Source: a virus
IMG/VR virus record: IMGVR_UViG_3300036944_000561
Location: 32,001 to 96,000 of that record
Direction: 5' to 3' (one strand)
Length of the DNA: 64,000 bases
Part shown: piece by piece, positions 9,564 through 19,029 of the stretch
Layout of the letters: every line of letters begins with the position of its first letter
Numbering within the stretch: the first letter of the stretch is position 1
Position numbers and translations under genes: made by a program
Notes under the pieces: model-generated
Databases searched by the model: none
What the model was told of the DNA's origin: nothing
What the model saw: only the letters and a program-made list of their open reading frames with translations

Positions 9564-9761
9564 ATGTCAGATTTTGTTAAACGGTTAGAGCAGGAACACC
9601 AAGATTTAAATGAAAAGATTGAAAAATTAATATCTTTTTCAAAAACCGACAAATTTTCTGAACTACCTTTGATAGAACAGAAAATGTTACTGGATCAATT
9701 GAAATATATGTCGCGATACGCCGGAACATTACATTTGCGGTGTATATATTATAGATCATAA
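9564..9761 (+). CDS. small helical phage protein (crAss001_48-like)
   Basis: RLEQEH.DL.EKIEKL..F...F..L...E..LL..QL.YM..Y...L pattern. Confidence 0.55.
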   Translation: MSDFVKRLEQEHQDLNEKIEKLISFSKTDKFSELPLIEQKMLLDQLKYMSRYAGTLHLRCIYYRS

Positions 9762-9774
9762 CAGGATACAAATC

Positions 9775-10836
9775 ATGCCGATGTGGTTGGACAAACAATA
9801 TATCGATCGGATTCGATTTAATCTGGCTGGGTTTGTTTGGAGATCTCAAAATGTCGCAAATTTTCGTTGTCCTCTGTGCGGGGATTCTCAGAGAAATTTA
9901 CGAAAAAAGCGCGGATTCTTCTTTGCTGATCATGATCATGATTGCATGAGATGGGCTTGTCACAACTGTCATGAAAAGAATGGTTGGTCTTTTGGGTTTT
10001 GGCTCAAAGATTTCGATCCTTCTTTGTATAAGGAATATCAACTAGAACTTTTCAAAGAAAGCGGACAGTCTATTTCTTCAAATCGTGAACCAGAGTGGAG
10101 GCCACCAAAGATTACTAGGACGCAACCTCTTCAAATCAAGAAATCTCACGAACTCCCTAGAGCTATTCTAGAGCACGCAACTCCCATCAGTATGCTACCG
10201 CCTGACCATATGGTCGTTCGCTATGCAGAATCCCGGAGACTCCCTGAGAAAGCAAAATCTATTCTTTGTTACACCGATGATTATAGATCACTGGTTGAAC
10301 ATCTTGATATAGAGAATGTTGATGCAATTGAAAAGTTGCCCCAGGATGCCCGGTTGATCATTCCGTTGTTGACCGAAAATTGGGAACTCATGGGTGTACA
10401 GGGAAGAGCATTAGACAAAAATTCTTTTCAACGGTATATCACCAACAAGATAAAAGAACATTATCCAAAATTGTTTGGGCTTCATTCTTTGAACAAAAAG
10501 AAGCCAATCCTGGTAGTTGAAGGTCCAATAGATTCTATGTTCCTGGGTAATGCTGTTGCCACAGCCGATTCGAATCTTCTCAGTTACGAAGCCGGGACAG
10601 TATATGTACCTGACAACCAATACAGAAACCGAGAAATCTGCAACATCGTTGAACACATCATCGATTCTGGCAAAAATATTTGCATTTTTCCGAAAGACTT
10701 AGAACACTTCAAAGACATTAATGACATGGTCATGTATGGGAACATTTCTCCGACAGATATCATGAAAATTATCGCTTCAAACACTTTCAACGGATTAAAG
10801 GCCAAAATGGTCTGGGCTACCCGGCGAGGAATTTGA
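9775..10836 (+). CDS. 61: DNA primase (T4 gp61-like)
   Basis: Zn finger CPLCGDS...CHNC, RLIIP...GVQGR, TOPRIM VEGPIDSMF and KDINDM. Confidence 0.93.
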   Translation: MPMWLDKQYIDRIRFNLAGFVWRSQNVANFRCPLCGDSQRNLRKKRGFFFADHDHDCMRWACHNCHEKNGWSFGFWLKDFDPSLYKEYQLELFKESGQSISSNREPEWRPPKITRTQPLQIKKSHELPRAILEHATPISMLPPDHMVVRYAESRRLPEKAKSILCYTDDYRSLVEHLDIENVDAIEKLPQDARLIIPLLTENWELMGVQGRALDKNSFQRYITNKIKEHYPKLFGLHSLNKKKPILVVEGPIDSMFLGNAVATADSNLLSYEAGTVYVPDNQYRNREICNIVEHIIDSGKNICIFPKDLEHFKDINDMVMYGNISPTDIMKIIASNTFNGLKAKMVWATRRGI

Positions 10837-10857
10837 ACCAAAACCCCATTTTATTCT

Positions 10858-11406
10858 ATGAGAAATTGTAGTATCCTGTATCAAAATTCATCATATCCTA
10901 AAGAACGGACTCTGAAGCCTTTATTTGCATATGAGACTGAACACAAAGACTATCATTTCAATCTTTGTGCTGATGACAATAAACGGTATGTTTCAGACTA
11001 CTTCAAGAAGATTCGAAAAGAAGCGATGAAACTTCGCCAGGGAAATACGTGGTACACTGTAACATTTGAGTTAGATGAAAACGATAAGTTGATTATATTA
11101 GTTGATCAACGGATGATGAAAGGTAAGCCAAAAATAAAAGTGATCAATGATTTATTTGTAAATCCTTGTATCTATATTGATGTTGACAAACAAGATATGG
11201 GTGGATCAGAGATGATCGCAGCCGGGTGTAGTAAACGTCGTTCAAATCTAGAAGGTTTACGAAAAATGACTCTAGGTGGGAAGAAATTGAAACCTTTGTT
11301 GAGAAAGGCAAAAATTATCAAAGAAATGTATTGTGAGCAATTGAAAGAATTGCTGATTTTTGATAGGAACCGATGGGTTCATGATGACATTGTTGGGGAT
11401 GAGTGA
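10858..11406 (+). CDS. hypothetical protein
   Basis: 182-aa ORF in the operon; no recognised motif. Confidence 0.55.
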   Translation: MRNCSILYQNSSYPKERTLKPLFAYETEHKDYHFNLCADDNKRYVSDYFKKIRKEAMKLRQGNTWYTVTFELDENDKLIILVDQRMMKGKPKIKVINDLFVNPCIYIDVDKQDMGGSEMIAAGCSKRRSNLEGLRKMTLGGKKLKPLLRKAKIIKEMYCEQLKELLIFDRNRWVHDDIVGDE

Positions 11407-11408
11407 AA

Positions 11409-11498
11409 TATTTTTCAAAAAGTGGTTTACTTGACTTTCAAAAAGCGTATAATGGTTTCCAATGAGGCAATATCGCCTGACCCTTAGAGGATACGAAA
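11409..11498 (+). promoter_or_regulatory. early promoter / stem-loop / RBS cassette, copy 2
   Basis: AT-rich UP element, GTTTAC (11425)-17 nt-TATAAT (11448), AGGC-AATATC-GCCT hairpin, GAGGA SD. Confidence 0.88.
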
Positions 11499-12053
11499 AT
11501 GAAAATAACAGAATTAAAAAATGCTCCAGAATGGTTGAAAAACGCTGTTGTTGAAAATGAAAATGTTGAGATAGATATTTACGGCAATATTATTTGGAAA
11601 TCAGGTATTTGGAAATCAGGTACTTGGGAATCAGGTACTTGGGTATCAGGTACTTGGGAATCAGGTATTTGGAAATTGGGTCTTTGGGAATCAGGTACTT
11701 GGGAATCAGGTCTTTGGAAATCAGGTACATGGGTAGATGGTACTTGGAAATCGGGCACTTGGAAATTAGGCACTTGGAAATCAGGTACTTGGGAATATGG
11801 TACTTGGGAATCAGGTACTTGGGAATATGGTACTTGGAAAGGTGGTGAAAGTGCACTGAAATCGAAATACACCCCATTTATTAATTTCGATCTTTCTGTT
11901 TCAATTGGTTGTAAGACTATGACAATTGAAGACTGGGTGGAATGGTTTGAAAATTCTACAGAAGAATTCGAAACACCGAGAAATACCCCAGAATTCAAAA
12001 TGATTCGAGCACATTTTTACGCTGTTAAGGCATACGTGGAGGCCATGGAATGA
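11499..12053 (+). CDS. early protein with W-x-x-G-x pentapeptide repeats
   Basis: 17 tandem pentapeptides such as WESGT and WKSGT between unique N- and C-terminal domains. Confidence 0.8.
   Translation: MKITELKNAPEWLKNAVVENENVEIDIYGNIIWKSGIWKSGTWESGTWVSGTWESGIWKLGLWESGTWESGLWKSGTWVDGTWKSGTWKLGTWKSGTWEYGTWESGTWEYGTWKGGESALKSKYTPFINFDLSVSIGCKTMTIEDWVEWFENSTEEFETPRNTPEFKMIRAHFYAVKAYVEAME
11595..11849 (+). repeat. 15-bp tandem repeat, 17 units
   Basis: Consensus TGG(G/A)AATCAGGTACT; in frame inside 11499..12053. Confidence 0.92.
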
Positions 12054-12463
12054 AACAAACAACCCTTGCAGAACTTGGTATGAAGTCGAGTCGTTGTCCA
12101 ATAACCAATGAATTGGCTCCAAATTGTACCAGAAGAAGATTTGATAATTTTCATATAAGTTATGCGCGATATATACAAGAATATGGGTGTGATACCACGG
12201 CCATTGTATTGGATGACCGGGTATTTTTGATTCTGAATGGCTACCATGCGCCGGATTTGATAGAAGCCGCCGAAACAAGAGGAATTGATGGGTGCATTGA
12301 CATTTTTGTTGAACGAATCAGCCAGGTCAACAAACTTAGTGAGCATCTAATGGCGGTTGGAATTGAAAATGATCCTTTTCAATTATACCAAACAACCCTT
12401 GAAGTGATTGGTCTTGATAATATTGAAAAGATTAAGAATGCAGTGAAAAATCAGACAGTATAA
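12050..12463 (+). CDS. hypothetical protein
   Basis: ATGA overlap with the upstream gene; no function recognised. Confidence 0.6.
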   Translation: MKQTTLAELGMKSSRCPITNELAPNCTRRRFDNFHISYARYIQEYGCDTTAIVLDDRVFLILNGYHAPDLIEAAETRGIDGCIDIFVERISQVNKLSEHLMAVGIENDPFQLYQTTLEVIGLDNIEKIKNAVKNQTV

Positions 12464-12498
12464 TTATCGATATCAATAATGAATCTAATCTATCAACC

Positions 12499-14178
12499 AT
12501 GACAAAGAGATTCACAACACAACAATTCATCGAAAGGGCAAGAACATTACACGGAAACAAATATGATTATTCTAAAGTTGAATATGTCAATAATTCGACT
12601 CCTGTTGTAATTTCTTGCCCGGTTCATGGAGACTTTGAACAAAGACCGATGGATCATTTCAATGGAAATGGTTGCCGTAAATGTTCTATTGAGTCCAGAA
12701 ACAAAAATGATCTAGCAAAAAGAAAGGCTAAATTCATCCAAGATTCCTTGAAAATTCACGGGAACAAATATGATTATTCGAAAGTCGACTACACCAACAA
12801 TGAAAAATTGGTGACAATCATATGCCCGGTGCACGGAGAATTCGAACAATCACCCGGTGCGCATACCTCTGGAAAGGGGTGTAAACAATGTGGAATTGAA
12901 AAATGTATTGAATCTCGTTTCGAACGAAAGAAGATAGAGATATTCAGAAAGTTTAAAGAAGTCCACGGTTCGAAGTATGACTATTCGAAATCCGTCTACA
13001 TTTCAGAAACAACAAAAATGGAAATTGTTTGTCCTGTTCACGGAGTATTTCTTCAATCACCCGGCGCTCATCGTGCTGGACAGGGGTGCAGGAAATGTGC
13101 CGATGAGATGAGAGCAAACAATAAAACGATTGCCGCCATATCAACTCTAAAACAGAGATGTCTTGAAGTTCATTCTAACAAGTATTCATACCCCAACTTC
13201 GAACATTTGCAGAAGGTTGATCAACAGATTGAAATCATTTGTCCTATCCATGGATCATTTTCTCAATATGTCTACAATCATCTAGCGGGAGCCGGGTGCC
13301 CCAAATGTTCTAACACTGGACCATCAAAACCAGAGTTGGAAATTTATGAATTTATCAATTCTTTTTCTCCAAATCTTGTTGAATTGTCAAACAGAACCAT
13401 TTTAGACGGAAAAGAGATAGACATATTTTCAAAAACAAAGAATGTTGGATTTGAATTCGATGGAATTTATTGGCATTCTTCAGACTGTATTGAAACCGAT
13501 TCGTATTATTCAAAAAGGCATTTAGAAAAGACTCGCAATTGTGAAAGGAAGGGGATCCGGCTTTATCACATTTTTGAAAACGAATGGAATATGAAAAAGG
13601 ACATATGGAAATCTGTAATATTGAATTCTTTGAATCTAACCCCTGACAGAATTTATGCTCGGCAATGTAAGGTTGTAGAAGTGCCTTTAGAGGATGCGAT
13701 GGAGTTCATGACACGAACTCACCTTCAGGGAGCTATCGGCTCTCAGATTCGCTTAGGATTAGAATACAGCGGTGTTCTGGTAAGCCTTATGACCTTTGGT
13801 AAACCAAGATTCGACAAACACCATGAATATGAGTTGTTGAGATTCAGCAATGAACTGTTTCTGAATGTTGTCGGGGGAGCAAGCAAATTGTTGTCTCATT
13901 TCAAAAGAACCTATGGAACCTCTATAATTTCGTATGCTAATCGCAGATGGTCTAATGGTAATTTGTATGAGAAATTGGGATTTTCATTGGATCATCTTAC
14001 CGCGCCCGGATACTACTATACAAAAGGCGGAACGATATTGCATCGTCATTCATTCATGAAACACAAGCTAGAACACATGTTGAAAGAATTTGATCCAAAT
14101 TTATCAGAATATCAAAACATGTACAATAATGGATATAAGAGAATTTGGGATTGCGGTCAAATGGTGTATGTATTATGA
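12499..14178 (+). mobile_element. free-standing homing endonuclease, Hef-like
   Basis: Four H.NKY.YSK...I.CP.HG.F.Q....H..G.GC..C Zn repeats, EIDI..E.DG.YWHS nuclease core, C-terminal YANRRWS.G.LY..LGF and IWDCG region. Confidence 0.78.
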
Positions 14179-14262
14179 AGATAGTCCTAAATACTGTTGA
14201 GATTATAGTTGGTAGCTATGATCTCACAAACCCAAGTTCAGCACAACTCGGAGACCAGTATT

Positions 14263-14973
14263 ATGGACTATCACAAAGTATATAATCATCTAGTTTCATA
14301 CCGAAAATCAAATCGTCCCAAAAGAAAATATACCGAATCACACCACATTCTCCCTAGGTGTATGGGTGGCTCAGATATTGGAAAGAATCTAGTGATCCTC
14401 ACTGCCAGGGAACATTTCATTGCTCATCGACTACTGACCAAAATATACCCCGAACAAGGCAAACTCAAACAAGCCATGTTCCTCATGGTGAACCTGACAA
14501 GATATGCTGGATGTGTGAACTCAAGAGTATTTGAATATGCGAAGGAGCAAGCGGCTGGGGTGTATTCAAAAGAATCTTTGAAACATTGGAAAGACCCAAC
14601 GTTCAGAAAGAAGACGTGTAAAGCTATATCAGATGGATATAAAAATCCAGATGCTTTCTGTAATACTGAAGAGTCTAGAGAAAATAGAAGACAAGCGATG
14701 ATGCAATTTCATAAGAATAATGTTCTAAGACCTTGGCAAGCACCAAAGGCTACACCAACCAAACATTTGTGGGGACTTGCTCAATCATTTTATGAAATGT
14801 CTAAGTTCAATCCAAATGTTGTTGGGAAGCCTATGGGTGCAACTCGATTCAATACCAGGTATGGCGGTGGGAAGAATGTTAGGATCTTTTGGAGGATGGA
14901 ACAGATGTTCAAGGAAGGTTGGGTGCCGATTGAGGATGAGTTGTGGCTAGAGGATTTTAGTGATTCTATGTAA
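14263..14973 (+). mobile_element. free-standing HNH homing endonuclease
   Basis: YTESHHILPRCMGGSD...NLVILTAREHFIAHRLL; GGAG SD before 14263; late promoter at 14188-14193. Confidence 0.85.
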
Positions 14974-14974
14974 C

Positions 14975-15003
14975 AAAAAGACCCGCAGAAGCGGGTCTTT
15001 TTC
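14975..15003. terminator. bidirectional terminator
   Basis: AAAAAGACCCGC-AGAA-GCGGGTCTTTTT between the HNH gene and gp23. Confidence 0.88.
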
Positions 15004-15018
15004 ATGTCTAAGTGGTTG

Positions 15019-16407
15019 TTAACCAAGTAAACTTTTGAACGCGATTTTTCGAAAGTACGAGTTACTGTTGGCAACGATACCGTCAGAGGTCACGGCGGTT
15101 TGTGGAGATTGGCCTACAGGGATCTGTACGAATGGGTTAGCCACAACACCATAACGAGTCTTGAACGCCATGCGGGGTTGGAATGAATCCTGACCTGTTG
15201 CACGGAACATTTCTAACGGCACGTATGGGCAATAGAAGTAACCAGCATCCAGTTGGTTCAGACCTTTGAACGCCACAGTAGCATAGTTGATTGAACCAGC
15301 ATATGGATCAATGAACACCTGCATACCGTTAGCCAGTACGCCAGCGAATGACTGGGCAGTTGGATCAACGGTCAGAGTGCGGTTCTGAGCCAGGGCAGGA
15401 GAATAGTCCAGCATACCAGCCATTACCAGGGCAGAAGCAACGTTCGGATGACACAGAACTTTGTTACCTTTACCACGACGAGTTTCAACGGCAATGCGGT
15501 TGGCTTCAACTTCCAGGATAAACATCAGATATTTCCAACGTTCCAGATCCCAACGACCACCAACATCATTCGCCATGTCGATCACACCAGTACCAGCACC
15601 GAACTGATCAGCCTTGACAGCGGAAACGTTCATATGGCGAATCATTTCACGGTTGATTTCAGCACCGATTTCGGTTACCATCACGTCAGCCAGGATGCTG
15701 TCAACGTCTTCACCATGAACAGCCATCATGTCCTGGCGTAATTCCTGTGAGTAGTCAGCATACAGACCACGGGACTTGGCAGAAACTTGGGCTTTCTGAA
15801 TGGTGATACCAACACGAGACCAGCTGCCAGTAGCACCCAGCAATTCAGCAGCGGCTGTTGACATACCTTTACCCGCTACAGTGGCAGTCGCATCACCAGT
15901 GCCGCCTTCAACTTCCAACACAGTGAAACCGGATGGATCACCAGCAGCGGCAGTAGTTGTGTCACCTGAGTAAGCTGAGTCAGCTTCGCTCATGAACAGT
16001 TCTGGTTTGGTTTCGTTATCTCCGGCACCAGCATCAGCACCCTTACGAGCACGCAATGCGAAGATCTGACCGTCTGGAGCTGGGAGAGGCTGAACACCGA
16101 AGAATTCGTTGGCGATGTTGATAGGAGCCAGACGTTTCGCCATTGCGATCAGTACAGGTGCCCAACGGCCAGCGGTAGAAGTGGCGTTGCCGATTGCGTT
16201 ATCAGCTTCGTTCAAAGTTGATTCGCTGATGCCATCATAGCCCAGGTTTTCACGGTTCCATGCGCTCTGGTTTTCCAACAGACGGATGGTGATGTCTTCT
16301 GGAGTCAGACCACGTGAAACACTGTCTTCACCTTCGATGACAGGGGTCCATTTCTTGCGCATTGATTCAGTCACAAGACCTTTGGTATTTGCTTTAGCCA
16401 TTTTCAT
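15019..16407 (-). CDS. 23: major capsid protein
   Basis: KKW.PV.E, GVQPL..PDGQIFALR, AKSRGL.A.YS.EL.QD..AVHG, FYCPYVPL and GFKTRYG-like RMAFKTRYG. Confidence 0.96.
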   Translation of the reverse strand: MKMAKANTKGLVTESMRKKWTPVIEGEDSVSRGLTPEDITIRLLENQSAWNRENLGYDGISESTLNEADNAIGNATSTAGRWAPVLIAMAKRLAPINIANEFFGVQPLPAPDGQIFALRARKGADAGAGDNETKPELFMSEADSAYSGDTTTAAAGDPSGFTVLEVEGGTGDATATVAGKGMSTAAAELLGATGSWSRVGITIQKAQVSAKSRGLYADYSQELRQDMMAVHGEDVDSILADVMVTEIGAEINREMIRHMNVSAVKADQFGAGTGVIDMANDVGGRWDLERWKYLMFILEVEANRIAVETRRGKGNKVLCHPNVASALVMAGMLDYSPALAQNRTLTVDPTAQSFAGVLANGMQVFIDPYAGSINYATVAFKGLNQLDAGYFYCPYVPLEMFRATGQDSFQPRMAFKTRYGVVANPFVQIPVGQSPQTAVTSDGIVANSNSYFRKIAFKSLLG

Positions 16408-16469
16408 TTTCTCCTGAAAATTTTATTTCGAGTCAAAACTATTTAGTGAAAAAGATTTTTCGTTTGAAA

Positions 16470-17333
16470 TTATTTGATCAATCCCAAGCGACGGAGGTTG
16501 TTGACAGCTGACTCACCAATTTTCTTGGCTTCTTCAGATTCTTCGTCTTCTTCCTCTTCATCTTCGTCATCCATGTCGCCATTTTCTTTGATGTTCATGG
16601 GGTAATCTTTGTCGGTTCCGTCAACAAATTCTTCACCCATTGTGCCGTCAGGATTCTGCTTTGACTTTCTAGGTTTGCCGTCATCGAACAGATCGTCTTC
16701 TTCGACTTTCGATTTTTCAACGATTACACGATAACCTTCACAGAGTTCTTTGAAGGATGTTTCATCTTCAAAGGCGGCTTTCATACAACGTTCCATCAGT
16801 CTACCAGCAGACACGGCAGTCATTCCTTTAGAAACAGACTCCACGATGGCTTTCTTCTTCATCTTGGTCAGTTCTTCGGTGATAGACACACTATGGCTCA
16901 AAGCGTCATTCAGACGGCTGCGAGTGGTGGCCAATTGACTTTCGAGCAGATCCAATTTGCTTTCTTCACCTTCTGGGATAGTGACGTTGAATTTTTTAGC
17001 AGATTCAACGATGCTTGCCATGAAGACTTGAGACAACTGATTGATTGCTTCATTCTGAATACCAATAGAATTTTTGTTAGCCCAATCAATGACAGTCATG
17101 CTCAGGAACTGGTCAAATTTTTCAGCAATGACTTTGGCAGCAGCTTCTGAATTGTAAGCGGCGGCTTCGGCCAATTGTTCACGAAGATCACCAATTTCTT
17201 CGTTCAATCCAGAAGTGGCTTCGTCGATTCTGGATTGAACCTTTTCTTCAACGGCTGCTTCGAAAATCGGTTTCATTTTGGCGATCAGACTTTCATTCAA
17301 GCCGTCAACACCTTCAAAAATTTTCTCAAACAT
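16470..17333 (-). CDS. 22: prohead core scaffold protein
   Basis: IFEAAV..KV motif, coiled coil, acidic C-terminus; position between gp21 and gp23. Confidence 0.85.
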   Translation of the reverse strand: MFEKIFEGVDGLNESLIAKMKPIFEAAVEEKVQSRIDEATSGLNEEIGDLREQLAEAAAYNSEAAAKVIAEKFDQFLSMTVIDWANKNSIGIQNEAINQLSQVFMASIVESAKKFNVTIPEGEESKLDLLESQLATTRSRLNDALSHSVSITEELTKMKKKAIVESVSKGMTAVSAGRLMERCMKAAFEDETSFKELCEGYRVIVEKSKVEEDDLFDDGKPRKSKQNPDGTMGEEFVDGTDKDYPMNIKENGDMDDEDEEEEDEESEEAKKIGESAVNNLRRLGLIK

Positions 17334-17378
17334 GATGTTGCTCCAAATGTTAACGTGAAAATATTTAGCGATTGAAAT

Positions 17379-18020
17379 TTATAGTCTGTTCAACGCCATT
17401 TTAAACCGACGAATTAATTCTTCGTCATTGCTGTTTTCGCGGATAAATGTATCCGCTTTGCGCCCATCAACACTGACAGGACGCCATACACCATTTTCAC
17501 AAATCCATTCTACAGATTCATGAATAGCATTTACATAACAAGCCTGACCAGAAGGACGATCAACTGTATCAACAGCAGTGATCATATACCCTGGGCGGAC
17601 ATGGTCACCCCTGACTTCACCCAAACCACGAGTTGAAACCCCCAGGTTGTACCCGGCTTCAACCAATGATCTTAGAATCTGTCCTTTGGGATTGTTCAAC
17701 ACTTCAGCGCGACCGACCGCTAGACTTTTATCCCATGTCAACGGGGTATGGATCATGGTTGCGGCTTCACTAAGTTTTGGAAATGGATATTCTGGATGTT
17801 CAACTTCACCAATTGCACGGCGATCTTGGATATAATCCCGATTGTATGCCTCAACAGCAGGGATACCCACGGTGTCCATATCATAGATACGACCGTTACG
17901 GTTTTTGGAGTTACACATCACCATTGGACCTTCAAGATACAGTTTTCGTCCAGACTCAGTGTTCTCTGTCAAAACGTCCAACTGCAGGTCACCATGATAA
18001 TTGTCAGACAAAAACTTCAT
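17379..18020 (-). CDS. 21: prohead protease
   Basis: NRNGRIY, RAIGEVEHP, GVSTRGLG and D.VDRPS motifs. Confidence 0.94.
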   Translation of the reverse strand: MKFLSDNYHGDLQLDVLTENTESGRKLYLEGPMVMCNSKNRNGRIYDMDTVGIPAVEAYNRDYIQDRRAIGEVEHPEYPFPKLSEAATMIHTPLTWDKSLAVGRAEVLNNPKGQILRSLVEAGYNLGVSTRGLGEVRGDHVRPGYMITAVDTVDRPSGQACYVNAIHESVEWICENGVWRPVSVDGRKADTFIRENSNDEELIRRFKMALNRL

Positions 18021-18031
18021 ATCATTTCTCC

Positions 18032-18322
18032 TTACAGTCCATATGATTTACGACGAGCCATGGCTTTGCGCTGTTTCCGTGCTATCCGGTTCCATTGCCC
18101 GACTTTCTTCTTGTTTCCGCGGATTGCGCCCTTTTTGCGAGAAATTTTCTCTTTGGCTCCAATCTTCACACAAGAAGAACCATCCGGAGACGGTTTATAT
18201 CCTGACGGGCATTTCTTGACTTTGCGTTTTTCGCCACTGGCTCTGACTTTGATTTTGTATGCTTCATCCAACTCAACGATAGAACCTTCGTTGATCAGTG
18301 GCATAGCGATTTTGTTTTCCAT
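18032..18322 (-). CDS. 68: prohead core protein (gp68-like)
   Basis: Basic protein ending RKQRKAMARRKSYGL; position upstream of gp21. Confidence 0.75.
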   Translation of the reverse strand: MENKIAMPLINEGSIVELDEAYKIKVRASGEKRKVKKCPSGYKPSPDGSSCVKIGAKEKISRKKGAIRGNKKKVGQWNRIARKQRKAMARRKSYGL

Positions 18323-18324
18323 GA

Positions 18325-18531
18325 TTACTCCTCCTCGTCCTCATCATCGAATGCTTCATCATCACATTCATGAGTTTGAGGAGCAACCATTGCAGAAAGA
18401 ATGTGAGATTTTACGTCATCGATCACACCGTCAGCCCGGTCATTCAATTCATTTTCAATCAGTTCTTGTGCTTGGCTCAGATCATTAGAACCCAGAGCAG
18501 CTACAATCTGATGTACACGTGCGTTTGCCAT
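18325..18531 (-). CDS. 67: prohead core protein (gp67-like)
   Basis: Small helical protein with an acidic tail; syntenic position before gp68. Confidence 0.7.
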   Translation of the reverse strand: MANARVHQIVAALGSNDLSQAQELIENELNDRADGVIDDVKSHILSAMVAPQTHECDDEAFDDEDEEE

Positions 18532-18563
18532 GTTGAGGCCTCCTAATAAAATTTCAAAAGTAT

Positions 18564-19028
18564 TTAGCCGATATCCAAATCTAGAAATTTCTTATGCTTT
18601 TTGAAATATTCGATATCACCAGAAGGAATCATATCTCCATCCATGACAAGAACGTTTCCATCTAATTGAAGATCGTATGAAGCAACACCATCAATATAAA
18701 TGGTAACAGTCTTATCCTTTCCAACCGCCTTGTATTTGCTCTTAGATGCATCAACGAATTTTGCGAATTTTGCAGCAGCTTTGAGAATATCTTCACCCGC
18801 CTTTACTGGATAGTACAGTCTATATCCATATCCAGATTTTGGTTCATATTTGATAACCCCGATGCTAGTGTTGACCGACGTCTGACCTTCGCAAATACTT
18901 TTCAAAATTGATTCGGTTATAGTCGCTTTGATGTTTTCGCTTCTTTTGTTGAGTTCTGCTTCTATAAGTTCCTGAGCACTTTCTAAATTATTTGTCATCA
19001 GTGCTTCAACAATTTGTTCAACTGACAT
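18564..19028 (-). CDS. gp67-like N-terminus fused to an unknown domain
   Basis: 17/25 identity to the adjacent gp67 over QIV...ELN.R; lies between portal and gp67. Confidence 0.65.
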   Translation of the reverse strand: MSVEQIVEALMTNNLESAQELIEAELNKRSENIKATITESILKSICEGQTSVNTSIGVIKYEPKSGYGYRLYYPVKAGEDILKAAAKFAKFVDASKSKYKAVGKDKTVTIYIDGVASYDLQLDGNVLVMDGDMIPSGDIEYFKKHKKFLDLDIG

Positions 19029-19029
19029 T

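Noticed and set aside
11579-11998. Overlapping ORFs in other frames (11579..11998, 11590..11877, 11594..11848), or a CRISPR-like array
   Set aside because: These are by-products of the 15-bp tandem repeat. Units are contiguous with no unique spacers and no cas genes are present.
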